Shown piece after piece: positions 28,935-37,887 of a DNA stretch of 64,000 nt. The stretch spans positions 24,158-88,157 of IMG/VR virus record IMGVR_UViG_3300005253_002057; one strand, given 5' to 3'. The notes beneath the pieces were generated by a model that did no database searches, had not been told where the DNA came from, and saw only the letters and a list, made by a program, of their open reading frames with translations. The stretch is from a virus. Position numbers and translations under genes: made by a program. Numbering within the stretch: position 1 is the stretch's first letter; every line of letters starts with the position of its first letter.

Positions 28935-30341
28935 ATGACTAGATTGATTTTACTCGCAATTGCTCTCATTACTCTTGCCTTAACTGCAAATAGTGCTTCT
29001 GCATATGAGTCGATTCAAGCTCAAGCTAAGGTACCAGCTAATATATGTCTCATTAATTGGGAGTGGGCAACAGAGGGAGACCTTTCATTCTGGCGCATTC
29101 CTAATGCTAGCAACGCTTTAGGTACGATTGACCTTCGTTCTAGGCCTCAGTACGAGCAGAAAGGAGGTCCTCCAGAAGGCTACGCTTTGGTATCTTACGA
29201 TACTAGTGGACTATGCGTTGGGCCTACTATGCTCGTATCTCTCGGAAGTAGTCTTGATAGAGGTCTTCGCCCCGATGAGAAGATAGCCCTTGAGATAGGG
29301 ATGGGTTATGAGTTAGGAGCAATCACTTCATTAACAACTAGAGATGCTCTCTGGGAGATGTTTACTACCTTAAGTGATCCAACTGGACTAACTGGACCTA
29401 AGCCCGTTCGGAAGGAGAGCACAGGAGTTGTTCGGCTGATTCTGGGAGGCTATGGCGATATTCACTCTGAATCCTATAAAGATGATCCCATACACGTCGA
29501 TAATATTATTGCAGTATTTCAAGCAGATTATCGACGCCATAAGATTGATGGTATTACATCCTTAACGTCTCTCCAGAAATGGACTGGACATACTATGAAG
29601 TCCATTGAGGAAACCAGTGCATCGAAAGTCCTTCCTCCAGAGTATGTTACTGATGGATCGAAGGATCCTAGTACGACAGCTGGAGATACCTTCGTAGAGG
29701 CAGGAGATACAGATCTTAGTGCTCATACTGCAACAGGACCTAATGGAGGCTTCAGTTGGGATGATACCATAACTGGGGCTGGCGGAATGACTGTCATTGG
29801 CGCCAGCGATGATATTGATTCTGATAGTAATAGTACACAGGCTGCCAGAGCAGAGTCAGATTTATCTACAGATGATATGACGGTGATCTTCGATTGGGTT
29901 GCTGATGGTGGGGGTACAGGTAACTATCAAGGTGCTCTAGCCCGTCATAATAGCGCAAATCGTGAAGCCTATCTCGGGATCTATAAGCTATTCGATGGTT
30001 GGGAAGTCTATAGAATAAGTACAATTGGAGGATACACCCAACTCGGTGCAGATTTAAGTGCTGCTGATGTGCCAGACTCTACCTTACAGCTAAAGGTTGA
30101 TGGCAGTAGTATTGAGCTCTTTAGAGATGGTGTAAGCCAAGGTACGCGTACAGATACGAACATAACAGGCAATCTGAGATCTGGTATTGAAATGTCTGAG
30201 ACCGGATTTACTATGGACAATTTCGAAGCAGTGGATCTTGGGGTCGCTGCGCCTAGAAGAGTAATAAGATTAACTAAACTTTATAACGATTACTTAGAGA
30301 GACACATACAAAGAATCAGGGAACTTATAAAGCCCTCTTAA
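28935..30341 (+). CDS. secreted virion/receptor-binding protein with C-terminal lectin-like beta sandwich
   Basis: Signal peptide ASA-Y; LQLKVDGSSIELFRDG...TDT..SGI...MDNFEA pattern. Confidence 0.65.
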   Translation: MTRLILLAIALITLALTANSASAYESIQAQAKVPANICLINWEWATEGDLSFWRIPNASNALGTIDLRSRPQYEQKGGPPEGYALVSYDTSGLCVGPTMLVSLGSSLDRGLRPDEKIALEIGMGYELGAITSLTTRDALWEMFTTLSDPTGLTGPKPVRKESTGVVRLILGGYGDIHSESYKDDPIHVDNIIAVFQADYRRHKIDGITSLTSLQKWTGHTMKSIEETSASKVLPPEYVTDGSKDPSTTAGDTFVEAGDTDLSAHTATGPNGGFSWDDTITGAGGMTVIGASDDIDSDSNSTQAARAESDLSTDDMTVIFDWVADGGGTGNYQGALARHNSANREAYLGIYKLFDGWEVYRISTIGGYTQLGADLSAADVPDSTLQLKVDGSSIELFRDGVSQGTRTDTNITGNLRSGIEMSETGFTMDNFEAVDLGVAAPRRVIRLTKLYNDYLERHIQRIRELIKPS

Positions 30342-30399
30342 TGAACAAGGTATCATAACAGGCTAGAATGCTGATAAACTGACCAAGGAGAGATGTAAC

Positions 30400-30660
30400 A
30401 TGGTCGAAGCAATCAGTACTACTGGAAAAGTAAAAGCAGAAGCTAAGGTGGCTAGACACACAGTAGGAGACGTAGTTAGGGCCAGAAATCTTAGAGTAGG
30501 TGATGTAGTAAGTGTAATAGATACTAACTACAAGTTCCAAGTAGTTACCAAGACCTTCTTTGAGATAATAGCAGTACCTATTATCGAAAAGCAAACTGAC
30601 CACAGACATCGAATTCAGTTACTAAGCTTTACACAAGTTGTGTTACTAGAGAGACTCTAA
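30400..30660 (+). CDS. small beta-barrel (SH3/KOW-like) protein
   Basis: VRARNLRVGDVV; AAGGAG RBS. Confidence 0.55.
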   Translation: MVEAISTTGKVKAEAKVARHTVGDVVRARNLRVGDVVSVIDTNYKFQVVTKTFFEIIAVPIIEKQTDHRHRIQLLSFTQVVLLERL

Positions 30661-32148
30661 ATGGCTATACAGATAGTCCTTCCAAGACAAGTAGTATTTA
30701 CTATTGAGTCTAATAAAGGGCTAATACAACAGTTCGAGAAAGCTGGGCGCCCTGAGTTCGCAGAGCCTTTTCTTGATGCTATAGAAGAAAATCCTAATGC
30801 TCAATCATTCATCGTAGAACTTGAGCCAACTATGGTTCTAAGACTAAGAGACTTTCTATCCTCTAGAAGGTCTGAATCTTTTACAGTTCTCAAGACTGCA
30901 CTCAAAAGTCTAGAAGCAGGGGCAAAGCCCATAAGGCAACAAGATGTTCTTAGAGTGGCACTTGCTCAATTAGGATTTAATAGACTCGAGCAGATACAGT
31001 CAGAAGCTGATAGGGAACAATTAGCCATAGCCTTATCTAATCAAGGGGCTAAGCCACAACAAGTTACTAGAGCGCTGCAAAGGGCAGTGCAGAGAACTAG
31101 GCTCAAAGGAGACACAGATTCTAGGCAAAATATAATAGCTATAGCTAGATCCTTAAGAACCTTTGAGATAATTGGTCGAGAAGCTAAAGGACAAACTAGC
31201 CTTTTTCCTTCGTCAGAAAGAGCTGCTTCCAGACCCTTGATAGCGCCTGAAGTAGCTTCAGCCTTTACTAGTAAGAAGGATCGTCTACAGTCTATATTCG
31301 ATCAAAAGCGTGCCGAATTTGCTGGAAGAACAGCTGGAATAATAGAAGGAGCCATATCACAGTCTGAGAGAGAAGTTAGAAGAGCGGGAAAAGCCACTGC
31401 TAGAGGAGCTGGAAAAGGAGCTCTAATAGCAGGTAAAGGTGTGCTTATAGGTAGTAAAGCAGCTGTTAGAGTAGGATTACCTGCAGCAAAAAGAGGGGCT
31501 AGAAAAGGGCATGCTCTAGCCAGACAAGCTGCTGCTGCTACAAGACCTCAATTAGCCCTAGCTGCAAAATTTACGAGGGAAGAAGCTATACCAGCCGCTA
31601 AACAAGTAGCTAGTGATATAGCCACTACTATAGCAACTTCTACATCCATAGCTGCTGATAGGGCCATAACAAAGGCAAGAGAGATCGGAAGAGGAATACA
31701 GTCAAGGGACAGAATAGCCATAGGTAGATTCCAAGCAGTAGAAGCAGGAAGAGAAGATAAAGCTACTAAAATTGCTAATCTTCTGTTTGAAGTAGGTATA
31801 GGGCCTAAAGAATGGAATCCCCTTAAGCCAGAAGAAAGAAGTAAATTACTTAAAGAAGCTGTTACAGATGAGGAGTTTATACAGTTAACAAGACTTATAG
31901 ACTTCCGCTTCAGTATTCCTTTTTCCCCCTTAACTAGAATAGAAGAACTTAATATACCAGAGCCAATACAAGTAGAGCCTAGTAAGACTCCTTCTAGATT
32001 AGCAGTAGGAGAGAGGCCTAGTCCTAGCTTAATAAAAGAGGCTAAGGAAAGAGCTCTGGAACTTGGAGCTTCTGAAGAGGTATCTGATAGTCTTGTAGCC
32101 TTTAATCAAGGCGTAAAAGAAAGACTAGAAAAGTTGGCAGAAAAGTAA
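30661..32148 (+). CDS. basic Ala/Arg-rich helical protein
   Basis: 495 aa; KGALIAGKGVLIG segment resembles stretches of 11428-14340 and 23436-23561. Confidence 0.7.
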   Translation: MAIQIVLPRQVVFTIESNKGLIQQFEKAGRPEFAEPFLDAIEENPNAQSFIVELEPTMVLRLRDFLSSRRSESFTVLKTALKSLEAGAKPIRQQDVLRVALAQLGFNRLEQIQSEADREQLAIALSNQGAKPQQVTRALQRAVQRTRLKGDTDSRQNIIAIARSLRTFEIIGREAKGQTSLFPSSERAASRPLIAPEVASAFTSKKDRLQSIFDQKRAEFAGRTAGIIEGAISQSEREVRRAGKATARGAGKGALIAGKGVLIGSKAAVRVGLPAAKRGARKGHALARQAAAATRPQLALAAKFTREEAIPAAKQVASDIATTIATSTSIAADRAITKAREIGRGIQSRDRIAIGRFQAVEAGREDKATKIANLLFEVGIGPKEWNPLKPEERSKLLKEAVTDEEFIQLTRLIDFRFSIPFSPLTRIEELNIPEPIQVEPSKTPSRLAVGERPSPSLIKEAKERALELGASEEVSDSLVAFNQGVKERLEKLAEK

Positions 32149-32711
32149 TGGCCAGACGATTTAGAAACTTTGAGCGAAGTGGAAGAGTATTTTCCTTTGA
32201 ACCTGGAGTAAAGGAAAGAAAAGGCAAGGGTGCCTTAGCCAGTATTCGTATTACTCAATCTCAGCTTACTAATAGATACAGGCTAGAAAAAGAAGAATTT
32301 GGAAGAGCTGGTTCTGGTTTAACTGAGTTAATAAAGTTAGCCCTTTTTGACAAAGCTGGGGGGCTAGCACCAATTGATGAAGTATTTGTAGAAGAACCTG
32401 CAGATATAATTCTACGATTGCAAGAGGCCAATGACTTCGCCCAGGCTCAACCAGATCTAATTCAGGAAGAGAAACGAATAAGAAGTTTACCAGTAAGAAA
32501 GACTGGTAGAGTTATTGAGACCCTAGGAAGTAACCCCAGCCAAGCGACTTTGGAGCAATTCAAGAAACAAAAGCTTTCTAGTAGACCAGATCTCCGAGCA
32601 AGACAGCTTCAAATCAGAGCCAGAGTAGCAAAGCTTGCAGAACGAGAGAGACGAGAAGCCTTAACCAATCCCAGGCTCAAAAGAATACTAGAGGCTCAGC
32701 AAGATGGCTAG
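32148..32711 (+). CDS. basic hypothetical protein
   Basis: TAATG coupling; Arg-rich. Confidence 0.65.
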   Translation: MARRFRNFERSGRVFSFEPGVKERKGKGALASIRITQSQLTNRYRLEKEEFGRAGSGLTELIKLALFDKAGGLAPIDEVFVEEPADIILRLQEANDFAQAQPDLIQEEKRIRSLPVRKTGRVIETLGSNPSQATLEQFKKQKLSSRPDLRARQLQIRARVAKLAERERREALTNPRLKRILEAQQDG

Positions 32712-32940
32712 ATTTCTTAAGGTCCCAGGTAGAAATAGGGGAGTAGTAATCAATACCAGCATACCTATAGGACTGGATGAAGATACTGCTGAGCAACTAC
32801 GTAATCTCATAACAAAGAATGATGGAACTATATTAGGTGTTGTAGAAAGTGGTGGAGGATTAGTTATTCAAAGCAGCTTTCCTGATAGTTCTAGTGCCAA
32901 CGCCTTCGTATTAGAAGCAGAAGAGTTTGGATTAGGGTAA
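32704..32940 (+). CDS. small alpha/beta protein (possible paralogue of 36775-37032)
   Basis: SSFPDSSSANAFV vs FEFPSRGRALGFF. Confidence 0.55.
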   Translation: MARFLKVPGRNRGVVINTSIPIGLDEDTAEQLRNLITKNDGTILGVVESGGGLVIQSSFPDSSSANAFVLEAEEFGLG

Positions 32941-33149
32941 TGTTTAAGTTTAATGATGCAGAAACAGTTTCAGCCACAGGCTTCGCAGACGCAGTTATGA
33001 TAAGAGATTTAAGAGGTGAGCTTAACCTAGAAATTGGGGAGACCTTTTCTATGAGTCAAGCCATGACTGCTCTCCAGTCAATAATAGGGTTTCGTGCAAA
33101 GAATACATTCAACAGCCTACTCCGCTCCAATCTCATAATAGAAGTTTAA
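32940..33149 (+). CDS. permuted wHTH-like protein
   Basis: N-term FKFND, C-term AKNTFNSLLRSNLIIEV. Confidence 0.55.
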   Translation: MFKFNDAETVSATGFADAVMIRDLRGELNLEIGETFSMSQAMTALQSIIGFRAKNTFNSLLRSNLIIEV

Positions 33150-33185
33150 CAGACCATCAACTTTATGAAAGGAGGTCCCGCTTAA

Positions 33186-33296
33186 ATGATTCTATCAAGA
33201 GTCTGGTCACTTCACACCAAGATGAAGGGTAAGAGAATTAAGTCTCACAAACACCCTCATGGCGGCTCGAAGCGCAAAAAGCGTAGGAAGAAGTAA
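33186..33296 (+). CDS. protamine-like basic peptide (36 aa, not in ORF track)
   Basis: GAAAGGAGG RBS; MILSRVWSLHTKMKGKRIKSHKHPHGGSKRKKRRKK. Confidence 0.6.
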   Translation: MILSRVWSLHTKMKGKRIKSHKHPHGGSKRKKRRKK

Positions 33297-33419
33297 GCAG
33301 GGTTTACGAGCGTTTTGAAAGCGCCGTAGGCACCGCCTACATTGAAGGGAGAGGTACCTTTATAAGGTTGCTTGAAACGTCTTATAAAGGCTACTAGGGA
33401 GGGACTGAAATGGACTCAT

Positions 33420-33506
33420 ATGGTTAAAAAGGCCCCTGCTAAGGGAAAGAAATAGCGAGCAAAGCGTAAGAAGATGAAGAACAGAAAGAAGAAGTATCAA
33501 AAGTAA
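33420..33506 (+). pseudogene. Lys-rich peptide frame interrupted by in-frame TAG
   Basis: MVKKAPAKGKK*RAKRKKMKNRKKKYQK; final TAA overlaps ATG 33506. Confidence 0.4.
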
Positions 33507-33787
33507 TGGCTGGACGATTCAATAATGTCAGAGACTTTTTTATGGTTACCGATAAAGGAGTTGACTGGATACTTGAAACTGCAGATGAGCAATCTGCGCC
33601 ATCCATCTCAGCATTTAGACTCTTCGACTTTTTAGCCTTTGGAGTAGGGAGGGAAGTCTTTGAAAATAGAAGGCCCTTTAACTTAACCCTAGTTAAGCAC
33701 AATTTAGTTAATGGGCCTAATGATGATGCCAGTCTAGAAAAGATGATAAGTGAAGCCTTAAACAGAGGTTTCGTGGCAAGACTTTAA
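33506..33787 (+). CDS. permuted wHTH-like protein
   Basis: FMVTDKG near N-terminus; LEKMISEALNRGFVARL at C-terminus. Confidence 0.6.
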   Translation: MAGRFNNVRDFFMVTDKGVDWILETADEQSAPSISAFRLFDFLAFGVGREVFENRRPFNLTLVKHNLVNGPNDDASLEKMISEALNRGFVARL

Positions 33788-33788
33788 G

Positions 33789-34175
33789 ATGGCTCATCAA
33801 CCCTTAAATTTACTTGATAGAGAAGTAGCTGAAACCTTTTTTGACATAGCCCAAGGACAGGAAGTTGAAATAGATTCAGTATCAAGAGAGATAGCTGACA
33901 TACTTGGCATAACTAAAGGAGAAGCGACTAGATCTATTTCAAGACTAGTAAATGCAAAGATACTCACAGTCTTTGGAGTAGTAGGAATGGTAATGGTATC
34001 AGCAGCTGGTACAGCAAATGTACTAAGTATTCCTACCAAGGAGTTTGACCAAATAGAAATAAGTAAGATGAGAATTCTAGGCAGCATGAAAGAGGGAAGG
34101 GCGCCTAGAATTGCTAAGGGAAACAAAGGAAACTTTACTGAGTTAACTGACCCTAGTACAGGATATAGGCAGTAA
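33789..34175 (+). CDS. winged-helix DNA-binding protein
   Basis: SREIADILGITKGEATRSISRLVNAKIL. Confidence 0.7.
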   Translation: MAHQPLNLLDREVAETFFDIAQGQEVEIDSVSREIADILGITKGEATRSISRLVNAKILTVFGVVGMVMVSAAGTANVLSIPTKEFDQIEISKMRILGSMKEGRAPRIAKGNKGNFTELTDPSTGYRQ

Positions 34176-34176
34176 T

Positions 34177-34479
34177 ATGACATCACAAAGAATAGTATCT
34201 AGAGAAGAAGCCATTATAATAGTAGCAGAAGAACTAGAGTTAGATCCTGATAGACTATTCTTTTTCGGAGCCCTACAAAGCCCTGGACAATATGCTAGAA
34301 TAGTAACAGATGGAGTAGCAGCTAGTAGAAGTAAAGGCTTTGATGCAGATAGTAGGGCAACTGCTTTCATAAATCGGGCCTTATTTTCATTAACCAATAA
34401 CAACCCAGTAGACTTAAGTAAGCAAGAAGTAGGAGAAGCAAGAAGAAGGGCCAAGGCTAGAATAACTTTTCCAGAATAA
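34177..34479 (+). CDS. hypothetical protein
   Basis: ORF in tightly packed + strand array. Confidence 0.6.
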   Translation: MTSQRIVSREEAIIIVAEELELDPDRLFFFGALQSPGQYARIVTDGVAASRSKGFDADSRATAFINRALFSLTNNNPVDLSKQEVGEARRRAKARITFPE

Positions 34480-34548
34480 GAAGTACAAAAGAAAAGAGCG
34501 GTAACATGGTAATAGCCAGAAAAGAAAAAGTGAGCTAGGTCTCCAGTA

Positions 34549-34980
34549 ATGGCAGAACCTAAATTAAAACTTACCCCTGAAGCTAGTCACTTTAATAGAG
34601 TGATGCGTAACAAATTTGGGTGGGTGCCAGGAAGTCCCCCAGATACTATCCCTAAGGCTGTACTAGAGCAAATGATGACTGTAAATGCTATGAGAGGAGC
34701 TAGCTTTGGCTCCTCAGGAGTAACTGAAGCAGAGATAAGAAAATCTATTAGATCTATAGCTGAAGAAATGAGGGAAGCAAGACCTCTAGACACAAACATC
34801 TTTGAAGGTCTATTAAAAGAAGGCCAACTTAGAAGAGTATTAAGGCTACTCTTTGAGCAAGGAATTATTGAAGGTGCTGATTCTGAGGACGATGATGAAT
34901 TAGAGGCTAGAAATGAAAGAGCCTCTAGTAGAATGCCTCAATCAATGAGGGCTGAGCTAAAGGACATTAGAGGCTTCTAG
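34549..34980 (+). CDS. permuted wHTH-like protein
   Basis: LKLTPEA ... LRRVLRLLFEQGIIEG. Confidence 0.6.
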   Translation: MAEPKLKLTPEASHFNRVMRNKFGWVPGSPPDTIPKAVLEQMMTVNAMRGASFGSSGVTEAEIRKSIRSIAEEMREARPLDTNIFEGLLKEGQLRRVLRLLFEQGIIEGADSEDDDELEARNERASSRMPQSMRAELKDIRGF

Positions 34981-35312
34981 TGGCTCAAGCATTTAGATTA
35001 AATCAGGTGCAAGGGAAAAAGCTATTTAATAGTCTATCCAGTAGGCAGAAAGTACTAGTAAATATAATAGCTAATCTTGAAGTAAATAGAGGGTCACCTT
35101 CTTCCCTAGAAGATATAGCAGATACAATAGATGCTTCTAATATAATTCTCAATACTGAAAGTCCTATGCTAGGAGTTACAAGAAGAAAAGATCCATCAGC
35201 CCCTAGATTCTCTATAGAAGTAGAGGAACTAACAGATGTATCAGTACTAAGAAGAGAACTAAAAGGGCTATTCGAAGCTAGAGTACTAGATCAAGTAGAA
35301 AACGATGGCTAA
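34980..35312 (+). CDS. permuted wHTH-like protein
   Basis: FRLNQVQG ... SLEDIAD ... LRRELKGLFEARVLDQV. Confidence 0.6.
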   Translation: MAQAFRLNQVQGKKLFNSLSSRQKVLVNIIANLEVNRGSPSSLEDIADTIDASNIILNTESPMLGVTRRKDPSAPRFSIEVEELTDVSVLRRELKGLFEARVLDQVENDG

Positions 35313-35556
35313 AAGAAAAAGAAAACGTCCTCCCTTAAACATAACTGCCGAAAGAGCCCTCGATGAAGGTATCAAGTTTACTAAGAATGTTGTAGACTAT
35401 AGACAAGCAGGAAGATCAAGAAGACGTTGCTACAACTGCATATATTTTGAAGAAGGACCTAACAGAAGCGCTGTTGGTACTTGCGAAGTAGTAGAAGGAC
35501 CGATAAAGGGCTACATGGTAAGCGATATCTTTGAAGCAAGACAGGAGTTGATGTAA
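35305..35556 (+). CDS. basic protein with HiPIP-like Cys pattern
   Basis: YRQ..RRCYNCIYF...GTCEVVEGPI. Confidence 0.55.
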   Translation: MAKRKRKRPPLNITAERALDEGIKFTKNVVDYRQAGRSRRRCYNCIYFEEGPNRSAVGTCEVVEGPIKGYMVSDIFEARQELM

Positions 35557-35714
35557 TGGCTTCCCTTGAACTAGAACCTGTTCAAGTAGGTATTATACTA
35601 GAAGTACTAGAGCAGAGCCTACAGTCTAATAAAGTTAAAAGACAGCTTGGTACCCACTTCTTTGCAATGATTCCAGAGTTAATAGCTAATATAAAGACTC
35701 AGTCTAGGCAGTAA
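35556..35714 (+). CDS. hypothetical protein (52 aa, not in ORF track)
   Basis: TAATG coupling; MASLELEPVQVGIILEVLEQSL... Confidence 0.55.
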   Translation: MASLELEPVQVGIILEVLEQSLQSNKVKRQLGTHFFAMIPELIANIKTQSRQ

Positions 35715-35717
35715 CTA

Positions 35718-35930
35718 ATGGCCAAAAAATCATTTCTTACCATTGCTAAAGAACAAGGAAAGGCTACGTTCTCCATCAGAGGAAGTAAAGCAGCTAAGAG
35801 TATAGCAAAGAAAAGACCCTCTGTAAATCTTAGGGATAATCGCTTTCTTAGAAGTATGGGGGAAGGATTCATAGACGTCTTCAGTGGAAAGAGCAGGGAC
35901 AGAACCAAGAAAAGGCTTGTAAGAAAGTAG
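35718..35930 (+). CDS. small basic protein
   Basis: K/R-rich 70 aa. Confidence 0.6.
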   Translation: MAKKSFLTIAKEQGKATFSIRGSKAAKSIAKKRPSVNLRDNRFLRSMGEGFIDVFSGKSRDRTKKRLVRK

Positions 35931-36313
35931 TGTCTAAGAAATTTAGATTAACAGAGAGTGGCTTAGATGCAGCTAGCGATTTAGCCATAAGATTTGATAA
36001 CTTTCTAAAGGCTGGAAAACACGCAAATATTCTAAATGCTACTCAAGAAGATCAAGACATGGTAGGACTAGCCGCTCTACTAGCTACAATAGAAGTAAAA
36101 GACCCCGAAACTTCGTCTGATAGAGGATTAACTTTTAGAACTATAATTAGATCTATGGGAGCAGATTCAAAGATCTCGTTATGGAAAGAAAATGATATAC
36201 GAAGATTCATGAGGCTAGCCGCAGAGGCTGGCTGGCTAGTGGAATCAGATGATGATGAAGATTTAGCCCCTAGACCAAGAAGAAGATCAGGCAGAAGGTT
36301 GTTTACAAGATGA
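35930..36313 (+). CDS. permuted wHTH-like protein
   Basis: KFRLTESG ... IRRFMRLAAEAGWLVES. Confidence 0.65.
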   Translation: MSKKFRLTESGLDAASDLAIRFDNFLKAGKHANILNATQEDQDMVGLAALLATIEVKDPETSSDRGLTFRTIIRSMGADSKISLWKENDIRRFMRLAAEAGWLVESDDDEDLAPRPRRRSGRRLFTR

Positions 36314-36516
36314 TGGGAAGAAGTCCTAAAAGACGTACAAAAAGAAAGTCCATGAGACCCAAGAAGCTTAGCATGAAAAATGCCTTCAAGGGAATCAGAA
36401 CTGTAGGAGCACCTTCTGGTAGGGCAATGAAGAGAGTAGGAGATGCTATGGCGGCTGGTACTAGAATAAGAAAAAAGAAGGGCTCCAAGATGATGAAGAC
36501 TCCTAGGTTCATATAG
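36310..36516 (+). CDS. small very basic protein
   Basis: K/R/M-rich, a single acidic residue. Confidence 0.6.
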   Translation: MMGRSPKRRTKRKSMRPKKLSMKNAFKGIRTVGAPSGRAMKRVGDAMAAGTRIRKKKGSKMMKTPRFI

Positions 36517-36531
36517 AAAGGATTATCTAAG

Positions 36532-36765
36532 ATGAAATTCTATCGACTAACTGGAAAAACAGAGACTAAGAGCCCTACAGATCCTGGAGTAGCTGCAGTA
36601 GTAGGGGCAGTAATAGCTGATGGACTGGCTCACGGAGAAGACAGTGTAAGCTTCAGTGATGTCTCTAAACAGCTGCGACACCATGATCTTAGCGACACTG
36701 AAATAAGAAGGCTACTAAATCTAGCTGACAAGCAAGGTTTTATCTATGAAGACGACAATGATTAG
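36532..36765 (+). CDS. permuted wHTH-like protein
   Basis: FYRLTGK ... VSFSDV ... IRRLLNLADKQGFIYE; AAAGGA RBS. Confidence 0.65.
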   Translation: MKFYRLTGKTETKSPTDPGVAAVVGAVIADGLAHGEDSVSFSDVSKQLRHHDLSDTEIRRLLNLADKQGFIYEDDND

Positions 36766-36774
36766 GTTAATCTA

Positions 36775-37032
36775 ATGCCAGAAGTTACGGCAGAAGTTTT
36801 CTACAGAGGAACAATAAATCAGGAAAAAGATAACCAGCTTCTAGCCATAGCCAAACGCTTCAGTGGGGAATGGATAGGGTCTGGAGTTGACACCCCTATG
36901 AAAGGAAAGCAACAAGACAGGAACAATCAGTTTGAGTTCCCTTCTAGAGGTAGGGCCTTAGGATTCTTTAAGGCTGTAAGAAAGAAAATAAAAGGCATAG
37001 GAAAAATGTTCGTAAGGAAAGATAATGGCTGA
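36775..37032 (+). CDS. small alpha/beta protein
   Basis: Possible paralogue of 32704-32940. Confidence 0.55.
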   Translation: MPEVTAEVFYRGTINQEKDNQLLAIAKRFSGEWIGSGVDTPMKGKQQDRNNQFEFPSRGRALGFFKAVRKKIKGIGKMFVRKDNG

Positions 37033-37237
37033 GCCAGTATTTAGACTAGCCACAGAAGTGGACGTAGGAAACGTTCAAGGTAACATAAAGTCTGTTGACT
37101 TTGAGTCAATAAATAGGCTAGAGAATGCCTTCGGACGAGAAGCTTTCACGTTAACCGAAGCCTTAGATATGACTGGGGATAGACAGTCTATAAGAAGGCT
37201 TAGAAACGTAAGGCTTATAATTTCTGCTGAGAAGTGA
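37025..37237 (+). CDS. permuted wHTH-like protein
   Basis: VFRLATE ... FTLTEALD ... IRRLRNVRLII. Confidence 0.55.
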   Translation: MAEPVFRLATEVDVGNVQGNIKSVDFESINRLENAFGREAFTLTEALDMTGDRQSIRRLRNVRLIISAEK

Positions 37238-37238
37238 A

Positions 37239-37886
37239 ATGGGAAGAAAAAGAAAGCCCCCATCACCTGTAGAAGAAGAAGTACTAAGAAGAGAAAGATT
37301 TAGAGAAATAAAGGCTCTAAAAGCAAAGCTTTCTCGTCTAGTAACTAAGGAAGATAGAGTAGACTTTCTAGATGATACTCTTAGAGAGGTACTTAAGGGA
37401 GCTACACCTGACGATGACGTACAGGTACTTCAAATAGTGGCAAAAGAATTTAGATTACTTCCTGAGCTAAGTGAGTTAGTATCTAGATTTGACAGAGAGG
37501 CACAAAGATTAGTAAGGACTGGAAACCTCACTATACTAGAAGGAGTAAGGGAAGGAGAACTTAGACCTGAACCTTTAACTTCTTCTCAGACAAAGACTAG
37601 AGCCCAAGCTTTAGAAGACAGAAAAGCGTTCTTGCGTAGGTTACAGGAAAATCCTAGACTCAAGAGAGAGTTAGCCGAAGCTGCAGGGGCACCTAAAGTA
37701 GATATAGACAATCCTGTATCTGATATAGCAAGAATAATGACTGAGAGAAGAATAATAGAAGAACTAAGAAAGAAAGAAAAAAGACCTGTAGGTCCACTAA
37801 CTGGAGTAGATGTGGAAGGAATAAAAGAAAGGGTAAGAAAACTAAGAGGTCTAAGAACATTTAGAAAGGGACCTTTCGATAAGTAA
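37239..37886 (+). CDS. charged helical hypothetical protein
   Basis: R/E/K-rich 215 aa. Confidence 0.65.
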   Translation: MGRKRKPPSPVEEEVLRRERFREIKALKAKLSRLVTKEDRVDFLDDTLREVLKGATPDDDVQVLQIVAKEFRLLPELSELVSRFDREAQRLVRTGNLTILEGVREGELRPEPLTSSQTKTRAQALEDRKAFLRRLQENPRLKRELAEAAGAPKVDIDNPVSDIARIMTERRIIEELRKKEKRPVGPLTGVDVEGIKERVRKLRGLRTFRKGPFDK

Positions 37887-37887
37887 C

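Noticed and set aside
18593-28937. TAG directly followed by in-frame ATG (18595/18596, 28934/28935), suggesting amber recoding or readthrough fusions
   Set aside because: Downstream genes have their own signal peptides, TAA-start abutments are equally common (21830, 30660, 60152), and long ORFs are intact under code 11
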